Below are positions 43,937 through 56,300 of a stretch of 64,000 nucleotides of DNA, one piece after another. The notes beneath the pieces are model-generated. The model ran no database searches and was not told the DNA's origin. It saw nothing but the letters and a program-made list of their open reading frames with translations. Location: assembly GCA_002269645.1 (NCBI GenBank), contig NIVC01001035.1:1-64000 (forward strand). Direction: 5' to 3'. Made by a program: the position numbers and the translations under genes. Source of the stretch: Macrostomum lignano. Its lineage: Eukaryota. Position 1 is the first letter of the stretch; each line of letters opens with the position of its first letter.

Positions 43937-46900
43937 CAGGGAAGCCTCTTTGTTCGCCTCGCTCACCAGGAAGCGACACTCACATGGCCCCTTCGTCCCC
44001 ACCTCCTCTACAAGTTTAGTCTCGTTTTGGGAACTTGGGAAGCAAAGAATTTTTGTCCTTCGTTTACTGTACACTGAATTACTCTCATATCTTTTCTATT
44101 CAAATATGTTATGCCTATATCTTCTTGTGCAGGATATCATTTAGGCAGCAAAAAACAACTGATATCAACTCACTCTAAGCAATTCTCTGATTTTCTAAAC
44201 TCTAATTTTTTAATCGAACATTTGCATAATACATCATGGGATACAAGTGCTGTGTTCCAGCTTGTGTTACTAGTTTGCCTCGGTATAAGAAGGACCCGAC
44301 TGTTTCCATCCACAAGTTTCCTTCTCTCGAGAATCTGGATCTGCTGAACAAGTGGATCGCTACAATTCCTCGACAATGGACTGAGGCCGAGCTGTGTAAG
44401 CTGCGGTCTGACCCAAGTCACAACTATCGGGTTTGCTCTCTGCATTTTCCAGGTAAGTTTTTGTGACTGTCTCTGCGGATTCCAACCCAAATCGCAAAAG
44501 GCTGGCAGCTGACGATCAATTGACTGCTATTGCTAAGCTGAAAAACCGGCGTCTGACAGATGATGCTGTGCCGTGCATCTTCCCGAATTTTGCATCCTAC
44601 TTGAGCAAGGCCGTCCCGGAAGAGAGGCAAACGGTTTGTACATCGGCTGAGAGCCGTCGAGAGAACGACATTCAGCATTGCGAGGTAGAAGCAGAGAAGC
44701 TTCTACAAAAGGATGTGATTTCTGACTTCCACGCTATTGGGCCATACGATCTACCAGATCATCTAAGGTGCTTTTTCAAGGTGATCTCTGAATCGAGTGT
44801 AACCTTTTTTACAACTAGAATGTCCGGTGCCGGCAACTTGGAGATCGCCACATCGCTGAATGTTGGCCAAGAGCTGCTTTTTGAGGTCACAGTTGGTGGT
44901 GATAAGCAAGCCTCTTTTGCTGGAGATCTGGTAGCTGATGGCAGTCTTAAAACCTTTGCCCAACTTGAAAACATCCTAGCTAGGCTAAAAAATGTCCGTT
45001 TGGAAGATTGCCGGCATGGTTATGAGGTGCACCTCTTACTAGCTCAGGAGGCAGTCACGAAAGCTATCACCGACTTGTCAGCTAAGTTTGAAGTCAAGAG
45101 TGATCAAGAGCTGGATACATCCATTGAGGAGGCTGCTTTTGCTAAACTGAATTTTCTTGTCGAGCAGCTAAGCTTTTCGAGTTTGAAGAAGGGGAAGCTA
45201 ACATACTCTAGCGAGCTACTTGCTTTTTCATACCTGTTGCAGCACCACAGCCCATCAGCGTACAATTTCATTCGGAAATCCAACACAGTCAACCTCCCAA
45301 GTGTTAGGCATCTGCAGAGGCTTTCTTCCGGACTCGCCAAAACTGTGTGCGCTTTTTTGATCAAGTTGCTGCATGGAGACTTCCAGGAAGCAATTTCTCT
45401 TATTCCAAAAAGTAGGCTTAGTGCTCTGGACTTGCAAAATCACCTCACTGACTGCCTTGCTCTGCTTGATCGGGTTCACCTGAGGTCAGTGGTGTGCATT
45501 GTTGACAACAATGCAGTGAATAGGAGCCTCTTTCAAGGTCTTCTATGCAAAGGCAAGCTGCAATCGTCAATTCCGAATCCGGTGTCTGGCGAGCCGCTGT
45601 TCCTTCTGTTCGACCCTGTACACAACTTTAAGAACATCTTGAACAATTGGATTTCGCGTCAGGTGTTTCAATTTCCGGACTTCACCGATCTCCAGAAAAT
45701 CCAAACAGCAGATTTTCGCGATTTGCACAAACTTCATGAACAAGAACTTGGGCAACCAGCTCGGATCGCCTTTCAACTGAATACAAGGTCCTTGAATCCA
45801 ACGAACCTGGAGAAAACTAATGTTCAGCACGCAGCCAGCATCTTCAGTGAGTCTACTGTAGAAGCAGCAAAGTTCTACCATTTTTCCTCTGGCTTGTTAG
45901 CTTTCCTAGCACTCATTCTTAACATGTGGACGATCTGGAATGTCAAGACCACTAGGAAAGCGAAGGAAAAGCGGCTTCCCGACGCCGCTCCGCTGGTGCC
46001 AAACGACCACCGCCTCGACAAGCTGCGCCAGTTTGCTGCTTTCTTCCAACGTTGGGAGGATTCGAAGTTGCCCGGCTTGACTGCTCCCACTTTCCTGGCT
46101 GTTGAGTCCTGCTGTCTCACTCTTGCTGATCTTTCCGAGCACCTTTTCTCTAGGTATTTATTTCCCTCTGTTTTGACAGGTAGGATAGTCAGTGACTGGA
46201 TCGAGCGGCGCTTTGGTCGCTACCGCCAGTTTCACGGAGGCAACTATTTTGTTTCTGTCCGGCAGATCCTTCAAGCCGAGAAGAAAATTCGCGTTTCCAG
46301 CCTGCTTCAGTTTCATGGCCTTGGACTGAAAGATTTAAAAATTCTTGACCAGGCGAGTTCATCCGAGTTTTTTTAATCCACTCTTATCCGTGAAGCTTCC
46401 AGGTCTCCAGCATCTTGACGCCGCTCTTACATCTAGTGACCGAAACATTTGTTCCTATCTTGGTGGCTACGTGTCTAAAGCTCTATGCGGCCAGCTGCAT
46501 GAAGTGCACTGACTGCAAGAATCTTCTACTTACTAACGATTACTTGGAGTTTATTGCCGAAGAGGACTCTGCTGACGACTTTGCCCTGATTCAAATGCGT
46601 GACCGAGGCGGTCTGAAGTGCCCCAGCAAATTCGTATTTTTCTTTTGAAGGCATCCTACTTCATGTTTGGACATCTGCGAGATCTTCTCACCTCTGGTAA
46701 TTTAGTTCAAAATATTGTTGAGCTCTGCCAGGACTACGTGAGCGAATCCACTGATTTTACGACCCTTCCAAGCCGGACTTGCAGTTGTGAAAAGGCAGCT
46801 GCTACTCTTTCTTCGCGGATCTTTATTCCTGCAGTCCGGATTTATCTAAAGAATTTTGTCAATGAGACAAACGATAAGAAGGCGAAGAACCAGAAGGCGA

Positions 46901-47253
46901 CGAATCGTAAGGCGTCCAAGCTTTCCAGCAAGAGTTCGAGCTAGCTGTTTAATATGCGTTTTAACGAGGGAAGCTCAGATTTTAAGCCGAGATTTTTCCT
47001 TTTTGTGTATAATATTTAATGACGATTGTTAATTTTTTCAGTTTCATTTATTTGTTGTATAATTTGTAATTGCAGCCTTTTATTTTTCAAATAAACACGT
47101 ATCAATTTATACACTTTTTCATACTGAGCGCACTGAAATAAGTGGGCTCTCGGGTAGTCTGGGGAAGAAAAATGAGACCCAACTTGTATGTATAGCTAGG
47201 CACGATTTCAGTGTCTCTTCCTGGTTAGCGAAGCGAACAAAGAGGCTTCCCTG
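43937..47253 (+). mobile_element. P-superfamily (THAP9-like) DNA transposon, 3317 bp, 44-bp TIRs
   Basis: TIRs 43937-43980 and 47210-47253 match 41/44 (first 21 perfect) and start CAGGG; flanks CCCTACT(G)C and CCCTACTC approximate an 8-bp TSD. Confidence 0.9.
44236..46944 (+). pseudogene. THAP-domain P-like transposase, split by ~4 frameshifts and lacking the first catalytic Asp segment
   Basis: THAP CCVPAC..HKFP..W..VCSLHF..DAVPCIFP; VDNNAVN; LFDPVHNFKNI; SDWIERRFGRYRQFHGGNY; YLGGYV; CxxC; DRGGLKCPS. Frame breaks near 44460, 46370, 46495 and 46645. Confidence 0.85.
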
Positions 47254-47624
47254 CCCTACTCAAATATCATTTGCCTACTCGCATCAAATGGGGAATTTCG
47301 GATTGAGAATCTGATTGAATGTAACCTACAGGTGCCCGGCTCCGAGTGCCCAATGTTCCTGTCCTGCAGATAAAGTACTTCCCTCCCTGATACACTCTCT
47401 TCTCTTCTTAGTACGTGCAACCTCGAGTGCGCTAGTTGAATTAAGAAACAGAGATAAGAAGAGAAGGGCTGAGAGTGTTGAGCACTGCGGAGCCAGGTTT
47501 CTTTAATAATATTTAAATTTATCACTTCAATCAAATACAATCTTGCCTTCACGCAGCTGTTCGCAGTCGGCATTGTAAATTCATGCAGTACCTGTCATAC
47601 AGATTTTCGTATCTACGGTAACCT

Positions 47625-47950
47625 CTGCTCCTCCTCTCCTCACTCTACTCTCCCTCTACTCACCATCTCCTTCTCACCCTTCTCTCCATCTCCTTCTCAC
47701 TCTACTCTCCATTTCCTTCTCACTTTACTCTCCATCTCCTCACTTTAATCACCATCTTCTTCTCACTCCACTTTCGCTTTCTTTCTCACTCTACTCTCCC
47801 TCTCATTTTCACTCTACTCTCTCAATCTTCTTCTCACTCTACTATCACTCTCCTTTTCGCTCTACTCCCCATCTCCTTCTCACTCCATTCTCCATCTCAA
47901 CCCTACCCAATCTACCTCATATCTGCCCTCCTCTGGCTCTCTCCCATAAT
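47625..47950. repeat. CT-rich low-complexity array
   Basis: Read directly. Confidence 0.8.
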
Positions 47951-48589
47951 CCCTCGCTCAGCAGCACACAGTCCTGCATATTTGGGCATAAAACGCCATA
48001 GCACCACCAATATCTCGTTTTTTCTTCAGGCTACCTATAGAAGCATCATAAACGCTAATCGTATCCCAAAATCGGATATACAAGGAGCGCATTTCGCTAT
48101 ACGTTGCACACAAAGACAGTATGACAGGACTCGAGCTGACAGACTCAAGCTCAGTTTCCAGCGACCCTTCAGCTGCTCGGAAATCTTCTGTGCACGAAAA
48201 TGATGACTACAGCCCGCAAGGCATCCTGAGCCAGAGGGTCATTAGGCGTCATATTAGGCAGACACTGCATGGCGCAAGGCGTGACCTGGGAAGGAAATAA
48301 GATAGGCCTGTCCCATCCGCTGCATTAGCTCAGCTTGTCCCAGACTCCAAGCACCTAAACCCCAGCTGGCTCTAAGAGCATTGGCGCATGTATAATCCAT
48401 ATTAAGCATATTAAAGATAATAATGATGATTCAGTCTCGTGCTCGAGACGCGTTTTTTTTCGATTTTATATCAGTCTGATGCTGTTTCGGGTTAGTTGAA
48501 TTAGTGGCTAAGGCGGGATCAGCTTTGCGCCTCGTTAATCAGCTGCAGCCTGCGTACCGCCGAGGGGCGACACAGCTATGGTTTAGCGG

Positions 48590-48848
48590 CTGATGTGGGT
48601 GGTGGGTGTTATGGGGTGTTGGGTATTGTGGGGTGGCGGGTGTTATGGGGTGGCGGGTGTTATGGGGTGGTGGATGCTGTGGGGAGGTGGGTGTTTTGGG
48701 GTGGTGGGTGCTGTGGGGAGGTGGGGCTGTGGGGTGGTGGGTGTTGTGGAGAGGGGTGCTGTGGGGTGGTGGGTGTCGTGGGATGGTGGGTGCTGTGGGG
48801 TGTTGGGTATTGTGGGGAGGTGGGTGTTGTGGGGTGGTGGGTGCTGTA
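48590..48848. repeat. GT-rich degenerate repeat (GGGTGGTGGGTGCTGTGG)
   Basis: Read directly. Confidence 0.82.
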
Positions 48849-49384
48849 ATTTGGCGGATATATATGCACTAGAAAACGTGGGTAGCACCGGTGTGTGCAA
48901 TAAAATAATTAGTTTGAAAACCTCACGTCCAGAACTATTACTTATTAATGCAATTACTCGCATTGTACACTACAACGATGTAGTCGATCACAGTTAATAA
49001 TTCACTGTTTATTTACAAGATATTTTTCACAGGAATAAGAAACAAAACACGATAAAGTACAATATCAAGGTCAAATAAGCACATGAATACTATGCTATTA
49101 CCGTATATGGTAATCAGCTGATTTATTTCTTTCATAGAATTTTTTCAAATGTAACGATAGAAGCAAATTTGTTAAAATCAGATCTAAGAACAAATTAATA
49201 TACATATTACAGGCCTTTTTTGTTAAATCAACTTTGCAAACTGGCTAATCGGTAGCTAATCAGTTCGACACAGACTGATAGACTGTAAACAATGCAATGT
49301 TCACTTGAAAGACGGCTGACAAAAGCGCGCGTGATACAATCGTCTGGGGTGGGAACAGCAAACATGGGGTGCGATGGGCACGCA

Positions 49385-49557
49385 CAGGCAGGCAGACAGA
49401 CAGACAGACAGACAGACAGTCACAGAGACAGACAGACAGACAGACAGACATAAAGACAGACAGTCACAGAGACAGACAGACAGACAGTCACAGAGAGTCA
49501 GACAGACAGACAGTCACAGAGAGTCAGAGACAGACAGACAGACAGACAGACAGTCAC

Positions 49558-49588
<31 letters not shown>

Positions 49589-49611
49589 TAAAGACAGACA
49601 GTCACAGAGTC

Positions 49612-49658
<47 letters not shown>

Positions 49659-49815
49659 GTCACAGAGACGGACAGACAGACAGTCACAGATAGTCAGAGA
49701 CAGACAGACACATACAGACAGACAGACAGACAGACAGTCACAGAGACGGACAGACAGACAGTCACAGATAGTCAGAGACAGACAGACACATACAGACAGA
49801 CAGACAGACAGTCAC

Positions 49816-49846
<31 letters not shown>

Positions 49847-49964
49847 GTAAGACAGGCAGACACATACATACAGACAGATAGACAGACAGACACATACATA
49901 CAGAACATACAGACAGACAGACAGACAAACAGTAAGACAGGCAGACACTAAGACACTAAGACAC

Positions 49965-50051
<87 letters not shown>

Positions 50052-50052
50052 G
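49385..50052. repeat. (GACA)n-based compound microsatellite
   Basis: Read directly. Confidence 0.93.
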
Positions 50053-50163
50053 GTCAATAGATTTAGTAGACGGATCCAAATCTGGTCAAGTGTAAAACCA
50101 GGCTATAGCAAAGTTATTAACGCAACATATCGGTACCCAGTGCAAGCAATTATCAGGCAATAT

Positions 50164-50584
50164 CTAAACAGACTGAGGCGCCACCTCCTGATAGATGAAC
50201 ACTAGCCGAGCCAGTAGGTCAGCAATCGCCACAGACAGAAGGCAAAAGAATGGTGCCAGCACAGCGTACAGACTCGCACCATCTGGCAGCAGGCCCTGAG
50301 CAAATAGACTCAAAGTTAACTCTCCAGCCAATTTGCATAGCAGAGTAATGAAACCGGGAGATCGGCAGAGCAGCAGTCGGAGCTGCGAGACTGGCCTGTC
50401 TGAGCAGCAGCACTGCCGCAGTGTCATAGTTATGGCGATAATTAAGCCGGCAAGATCAAAGGCGAATAGTGGTGTGAAAATCAAAGGCCAAGCCCAGTTG
50501 ATTCGAGTCTCCAGGCGAAGCACTAGGAAGATTAAAAATACCATGTGGAGCAGGTAGCTTAATAGCACCTGGCCCACTTCGCAT
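50164..50584 (-). CDS. TMEM60: Transmembrane protein 60-like, ~138 aa, single coding exon
   Basis: QVLLSYL..FLIFLVLRLE..NWAWPLIFTPLFAFD, KLA..L.L, YAVLAPF follow the TMEM60 pattern with four hydrophobic segments; ATG at 50584 is 1 nt out of frame with the ORF. Confidence 0.75.
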
Positions 50585-50689
50585 TTCTGATCGGCCAGAA
50601 ATTTATTATTATGAAATATAATTTTGTGTCATTTATCGATAACAATTAGTTAGTTACTACAGTGATGGGCTAAAATGGTCAATGATAAG

Positions 50690-51125
50690 AAGGGGGTGGC
50701 AGACCATAGATAACACAGTGAGATGGGGTGGCAGGCCATAGATAACACAGTGAGATGGGGTGGCAGGCCATAGATAACACAGTGAGATGGGGTGGCAGGC
50801 CATAGATAACACAGTGAGATGGGGTGGCAGGCCATAGATAACACAAGGAGGTGGGGTGGCAGGCCATAGATAACACAAGGAGGGGGGTGGCAGGCCATAG
50901 ATAACACAAGGAGGTGGGGTGGCAGGCCATAGATAACACAAGGAGGTGGGGTGGCAGGCCATAGATAACACAAGGAGGTGGGGTGGCAGGCCATAGATAA
51001 CACAAGGAGGTGGGGTGGCAGGCCATAGATAACACAAGGAGGGGGGTGGCAGGCCATAGATAACACAAGGAGGTGGGGTGGCCATAGATAACACAAGGAG
51101 GGGGTGGCAGGCCATAGATAACACA
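50690..51125. repeat. 32-bp minisatellite (GGGGTGGCAGGCCATAGATAACACAAGGAGGT)
   Basis: About 13 copies. Confidence 0.94.
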
Positions 51126-51779
51126 GAAAGGTGAGGTAGCAGACTATAGATAAGAATTAGCCATCAAATTCGAAATAAATAAATGAAGAAAAACTAAATT
51201 TCTAACTAAGAAGAAGCAGGAAAAATTGCTAACGGCATAAAATCCAATCCAGTTCTTATGGATCACTACCCCGAATCACACAAACTAATAAACGTTTTCA
51301 CTCGTACTTATCGTCACGATTCTAAAAAATCAAGTTTCAGCAATAATTGGGTGCTCATGACAGAGCTAATAAAGCCATATAAAAAGTTGAGTGAACAAGA
51401 AAAGCACATCAAGTAAGAAAGGTGCAGTGTAGATTAGCAGCTAAGACAAGGCGAAACGAGAAACGCAAGCAGACATCATGTATTCCGCATGACGCTACGG
51501 AAAAACAGCACATTCCGAAACATTCATACAAAATAAATTAGGAATGAAGGATTATTAAAAGTTTAAAAGCCAGATAAACGACGGAACATGTTGTAAAGAG
51601 ATTGAGTGTTTTGCTAAAATATAACGCATAAAAAGGCAGCTGTTGTACTAAAAAGTATGATGTGAAATTTAACGTTTAGGTTTAGTCCATTTTGATTTAG
51701 GATCAAACCAGACCTCCACCCCAACTCGAATAGATGATGTACGCTTGGAAGAGCTTGATGCCTATTGGGCAAGTGCTTC

Positions 51780-52230
51780 TCAGTGGCAATGTACATTAGG
51801 AGTGGGGTTGGTGCCTAACTGTGGCAATGTACAATGGAAGTGGGATTGATGATACACTGGCAATTTGTACATTTGGAGTGGGGTTGGCGCCCACAGCGGC
51901 AATGTACATTAGGAGTGGGGTTGGTGACAACAGCGGCAATGTACATTAGGAGTGGGGTTGGTGCCCACAGCGGAAATGTACATTAGGAGTGGGGTTGGTG
52001 CCTACAGCGGAAATGTACATGAGGAGCAGGGTTGGTGCCTAACTGTGGAAATGTACATTAGGAGTGGGGTTGGTGCACACAGCGGCAATGTACATTAGGA
52101 GTGGGGTTGGTGCCTAACTGTGGAAATGTACATTAGGAGTGGGGTTGGTGCCTAACTGTGGAAATGTACATTAGGAGTGGGGTTGGTGCACACAGCGGCA
52201 ATGTACATTAGGAGTGGGGTTGGTGCCTAT
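51780..52230. repeat. 37-38-bp minisatellite (AATGTACATTAGGAGTGGGGTTGGTGCCTAACTGTGGA)
   Basis: About 12 copies. Confidence 0.93.
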
Positions 52231-52869
52231 CACGGAATTGAGAACACACTATAAAGATGGGCCTTCTTCTTTCTGCTAATTTCGTTGGAAACCTGACGCT
52301 CTAAAAACATCATAATATACTACTGACAAAATCAGTAGTAATACATATATCAGAATGATGAAGTATAGGCAGAAATTTTTGGAAACGTGTTAATATCGAC
52401 AAAAAATGAATTTGGTTTGCAAAAACAACTTTGAAGAACAAACACGAAATCATCAGCTGATTTTAAAAATAAACTTACCACAGATTATGAGATCTTGTGA
52501 AAATTAATAAAATGTTTTAAATCGTAGTTGAAGCGTAAAATTAAGCGAGATTCTTTCACATGGTTAACACAGTTGCATTCTAAGGTACAAAAGACCCAGG
52601 TAAAGACAAAAAAGCAAAATAATAATATACGAGTATGCAGTTCACATGCAAGGCTGCATTAGTCAAGCAGAAAAAGAAAAGGAAACTAAAAAGTCAACAA
52701 AAAGTCAAAATACGTAAAGAAGCCGAAGTGATAAAAAATCAATTTTAAGAAGTCATGGCACGCAGGTTGAGACGCAGCCGCTTCTACATGTGATAGAAAT
52801 ATTCCAAGCAAATCAAAACTAGACATAAAATAGCTCAATTTCAAAACGTATAGTCCTTATAATCAAGCT

Positions 52870-53185
52870 GTAGATTAGCAATCCATTCTAACCCATGTTG
52901 ATATGGGATAACTTTGCAATATTTTATAGCCATAGATTACCAATCCATATCTATAGTCAGAATGCTATAGATTAGCAATCCATATCTATTCAGACTACTA
53001 TAGATTAGCAATCCATCTATAGTCAGAATGCTATAGATTAGCAGTCCATATCTATTCAGACTACTATAGATTAGTAATCCATCTATAGTCAGAATGCTAT
53101 AGATTAGCAGTCCATATCTATTCAGACTACTATAGATTAGTAATCCATATTTATATTCAGAATGCTATAGATTAGTAATCCTCAA
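52870..53185. repeat. 31-33-bp alternating repeat (TATAGATTAGCAATCCAT..)
   Basis: Read directly. Confidence 0.85.
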
Positions 53186-53335
53186 TCCTGAATGCAAAAT
53201 TCAACTTTTAATCCTAGACCTACACTTGTAGTTTCAATTTTTCTAACACAAATTTAAAAAAACACCGTTTACAAGTCTAGACGACCTTTGACATAAAGGC
53301 ACAAAATTTGCTAAGACATTCCAGGCACTCAAAGG

Positions 53336-56300
53336 TTAGACAGATTTAACAGAGTCTGGAACCTGCCGCTGCTGTTTCTGCTGCTTGCGGCGCAGCCGTT
53401 TCAGCTTGCCAGCATCGATAGTGTCCCACCAGTGGATCCCGTCGTCAAACTGTTTATAAATAATCACAGCCGGGAATAGAAAGTTGAGTAACGGGAAATG
53501 GCCAAACACGGACTCGAACCGGCGGCGCACCGGCTGGCGGCACACAATCTCTTGTTGCTGGGCGTCCTCGTGGGTTGTGGTGCCGCGGGACACCGAGATT
53601 AGCTGGATGTTTTATGACGGGGATTGAGAGCTAATTATAGTTGCAGTTAGTTTGCACGCGCTCGCACAGGGTGTACAGGCATGTCTTGGGTCTGTCGTGA
53701 ATCGTGCGACAGATTTATGACTGACAAGATCATAACTGACATTTTAGAGACGATTCTCATAGCGGAGATTGATGATTCTCATAGCGAAGATTGATGATTC
53801 TCATAGCGGAGATTGATGATTCTCATAGCGGAGATTGATGTTGATGATTCTCATAGCGAAGATTGATGATTCTCATAGCGAAGATTGATTATTCTCATAG
53901 CGGAGATTGATGATTCTCATAGCGGAGATTGATGATTCTCATAGCGAAGATTGATTATTCTCATAGCGGAGATTGATGATTCTCATAGCGAAGATTGATT
54001 ATTCTCATAGCGGAGATTGATTATTCTCATAGCGGAGATTGATGACTCTCATAGCGGAGATTGATGATTCTCATAGCGGAGATTGATGATTCTCATAGCT
54101 GAGATTGGTGATTCTCATAGCGGAGATTGATGTTGATGATTCTCATAGCGGAGATTGATGTTGATGATTCTCATAGCGAAGATTGATTATTCTCATAGCG
54201 GAGATTGATGACTCTCATAGCGGAGATTGATGTTGATGATTCTCATAGCGAAGATTGATGATTCTCATAGCGGAGATTGATGATTCTCATAGCTGAGATT
54301 GATGACTCTCATAGAGAAGATTGATGATTCTCATAGCGGAAATTGATGATTCTCATAGCGAAGATTGATGACTATCATAGCGGAGATTGATGACTATCAT
54401 AGCGGAGATTGATGATTCTCATAGCGGAGATTGATGATTCTCATAGCGGAGATTGATGATTCTCATAGAGGAGATTGATGATTCTCATAGCGAAGATTGA
54501 TGATTCTCATAGCGGAGATTGATGATTCTCATAGCGGAGATTGATGATTCTTATAGCGGAGATTGATGATTCTCATAGCGAAGATTGATGATTCTCATAG
54601 CGAAGATTGATGATTCTCATAGCGGAGATTGATGATTCTCATAGCGGAGATTGATGATTCTCATAGCGGAGATTGATGATTCTCATAGCGGAGATTGATG
54701 ATTCTCATAGCGGAGATTGATGATTCTCATAGCGGAGATTGATGATTCTCATAGCTGAGATTGGTGATTCTCATAGCTGAGATTGATGACTCTCATAGAG
54801 GAGATTGATGATTCTCATAGCGGAGATTGATGATTCTCATAGCGGAGATTGATGATTCTCATAGCTGAGATTGGTGATTCTCATAGCTGAGATTGATGAC
54901 TCTCATAGAGGAGATTGATGATTCTCATAGCGGAGATTGATGATTCTCATAGCTGAGATTGGTGATTCTCATAGCTGAGATTGATGACTCTCATAGAGGA
55001 GATTGATGATTCTCATAGCGGAAATTGATGATTCTCATAGCGAAGATTGATGACTATCATAGCGGAGATTGATGACTATCATAGCGGAGATTGATGATTA
55101 TCATAGCGGAGATTGATTATTCTCATAGCGGAGATTGATGATTCTCATAGCGGAGATTGATGATTCTCATAGCTGAGATTGATGACTCTCATAGAGAAGA
55201 TTGATTATTCTCATAGCGGAGATTGATGATTCTCATAGCGGAGATTGATGACTATCATAGCGAAGATTGATGACTCTCATAGCGGAGATTGATGATTCTC
55301 ATAGCTGAGATTGATGATTCTCATAGCGGAGATTAATGACTCTCACCTGACCCATAAAAAACACGGCGCACATCGGTCCAATCCACCAGAACAGATAGCA
55401 GTGATAGAGCATCAGCACCAAATGACCCTCTAAGTGGCCGAACAACCAACGATAAATAGCGTAAGGCAGGAACAGATCCCACCGACTATGGACTTTGTAG
55501 TGCTGCCACAGATAAACAGCGCTTCCGCCGCCGCCCCAGCCCAGCCCGATCATCAGGTAGAACACCATAACTATAAAGAATCTCTGATTATAGAATCCAA
55601 CGCATCTGCCAGTCATATAGCAGTGATGATCGCGTTTTAATACGCAGGCCCGACACACGGGACAGTGATGCGTCCTTGGCGGCGCGTCGTGCTGGCAGAC
55701 CAAACAGCGGCGCCATTGCAAACCGTTGTCCGATTCAGCCTCGTATGGCAGCATGAATTTGCGGCCGTCAAGGAGGCCCGTGTCATCTTTGATGGCCGGG
55801 CGGCCTGAGGATGCGTGGCACTTGGGATCAGTATGGGGGAATTTGTAAGAGGGCTGGGGATTACTAAAAAAATTTCTAAGGGAATTTCTAAGGGAACTGG
55901 GGATCACTATAGAGGGTTTCTGGGGGGACTGGGGATCACTAAAGGGGGTTACTGGGGGGGGGACTGGGGATCACTAAAGGGGGGTTACTGAGGGGGACTG
56001 GGGATCACTAAAGGGGGGTTACTGGGGAGGACTGGGGATCACTAAAGGGGGTTACTGGGGGGACTGGGGATCACTAAAGGGGGTTACTAGGGGGGGGGCC
56101 TGGGGATCACTAAAGGGGGTTACTGGGGGGGACTGGGGATCACTAAAGGGGGGTTACTGGGGGGCCTGGGGATCACTAAAGGGGGTTACTAGGGGGGGGC
56201 CTGGGGATCACTAAAGGGGGTTACTGGGGGGGGACTGGGGATCACTAAAGGGGGTTACTGGGGGGACTGGGGATCACTAAAGGGGGTTACTGGGGGGGGG

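Noticed and set aside
50690-52230. CRISPR-like arrays (32-38-bp units)
   Set aside because: Head-to-tail repeats without unique spacers, no cas genes, eukaryotic context
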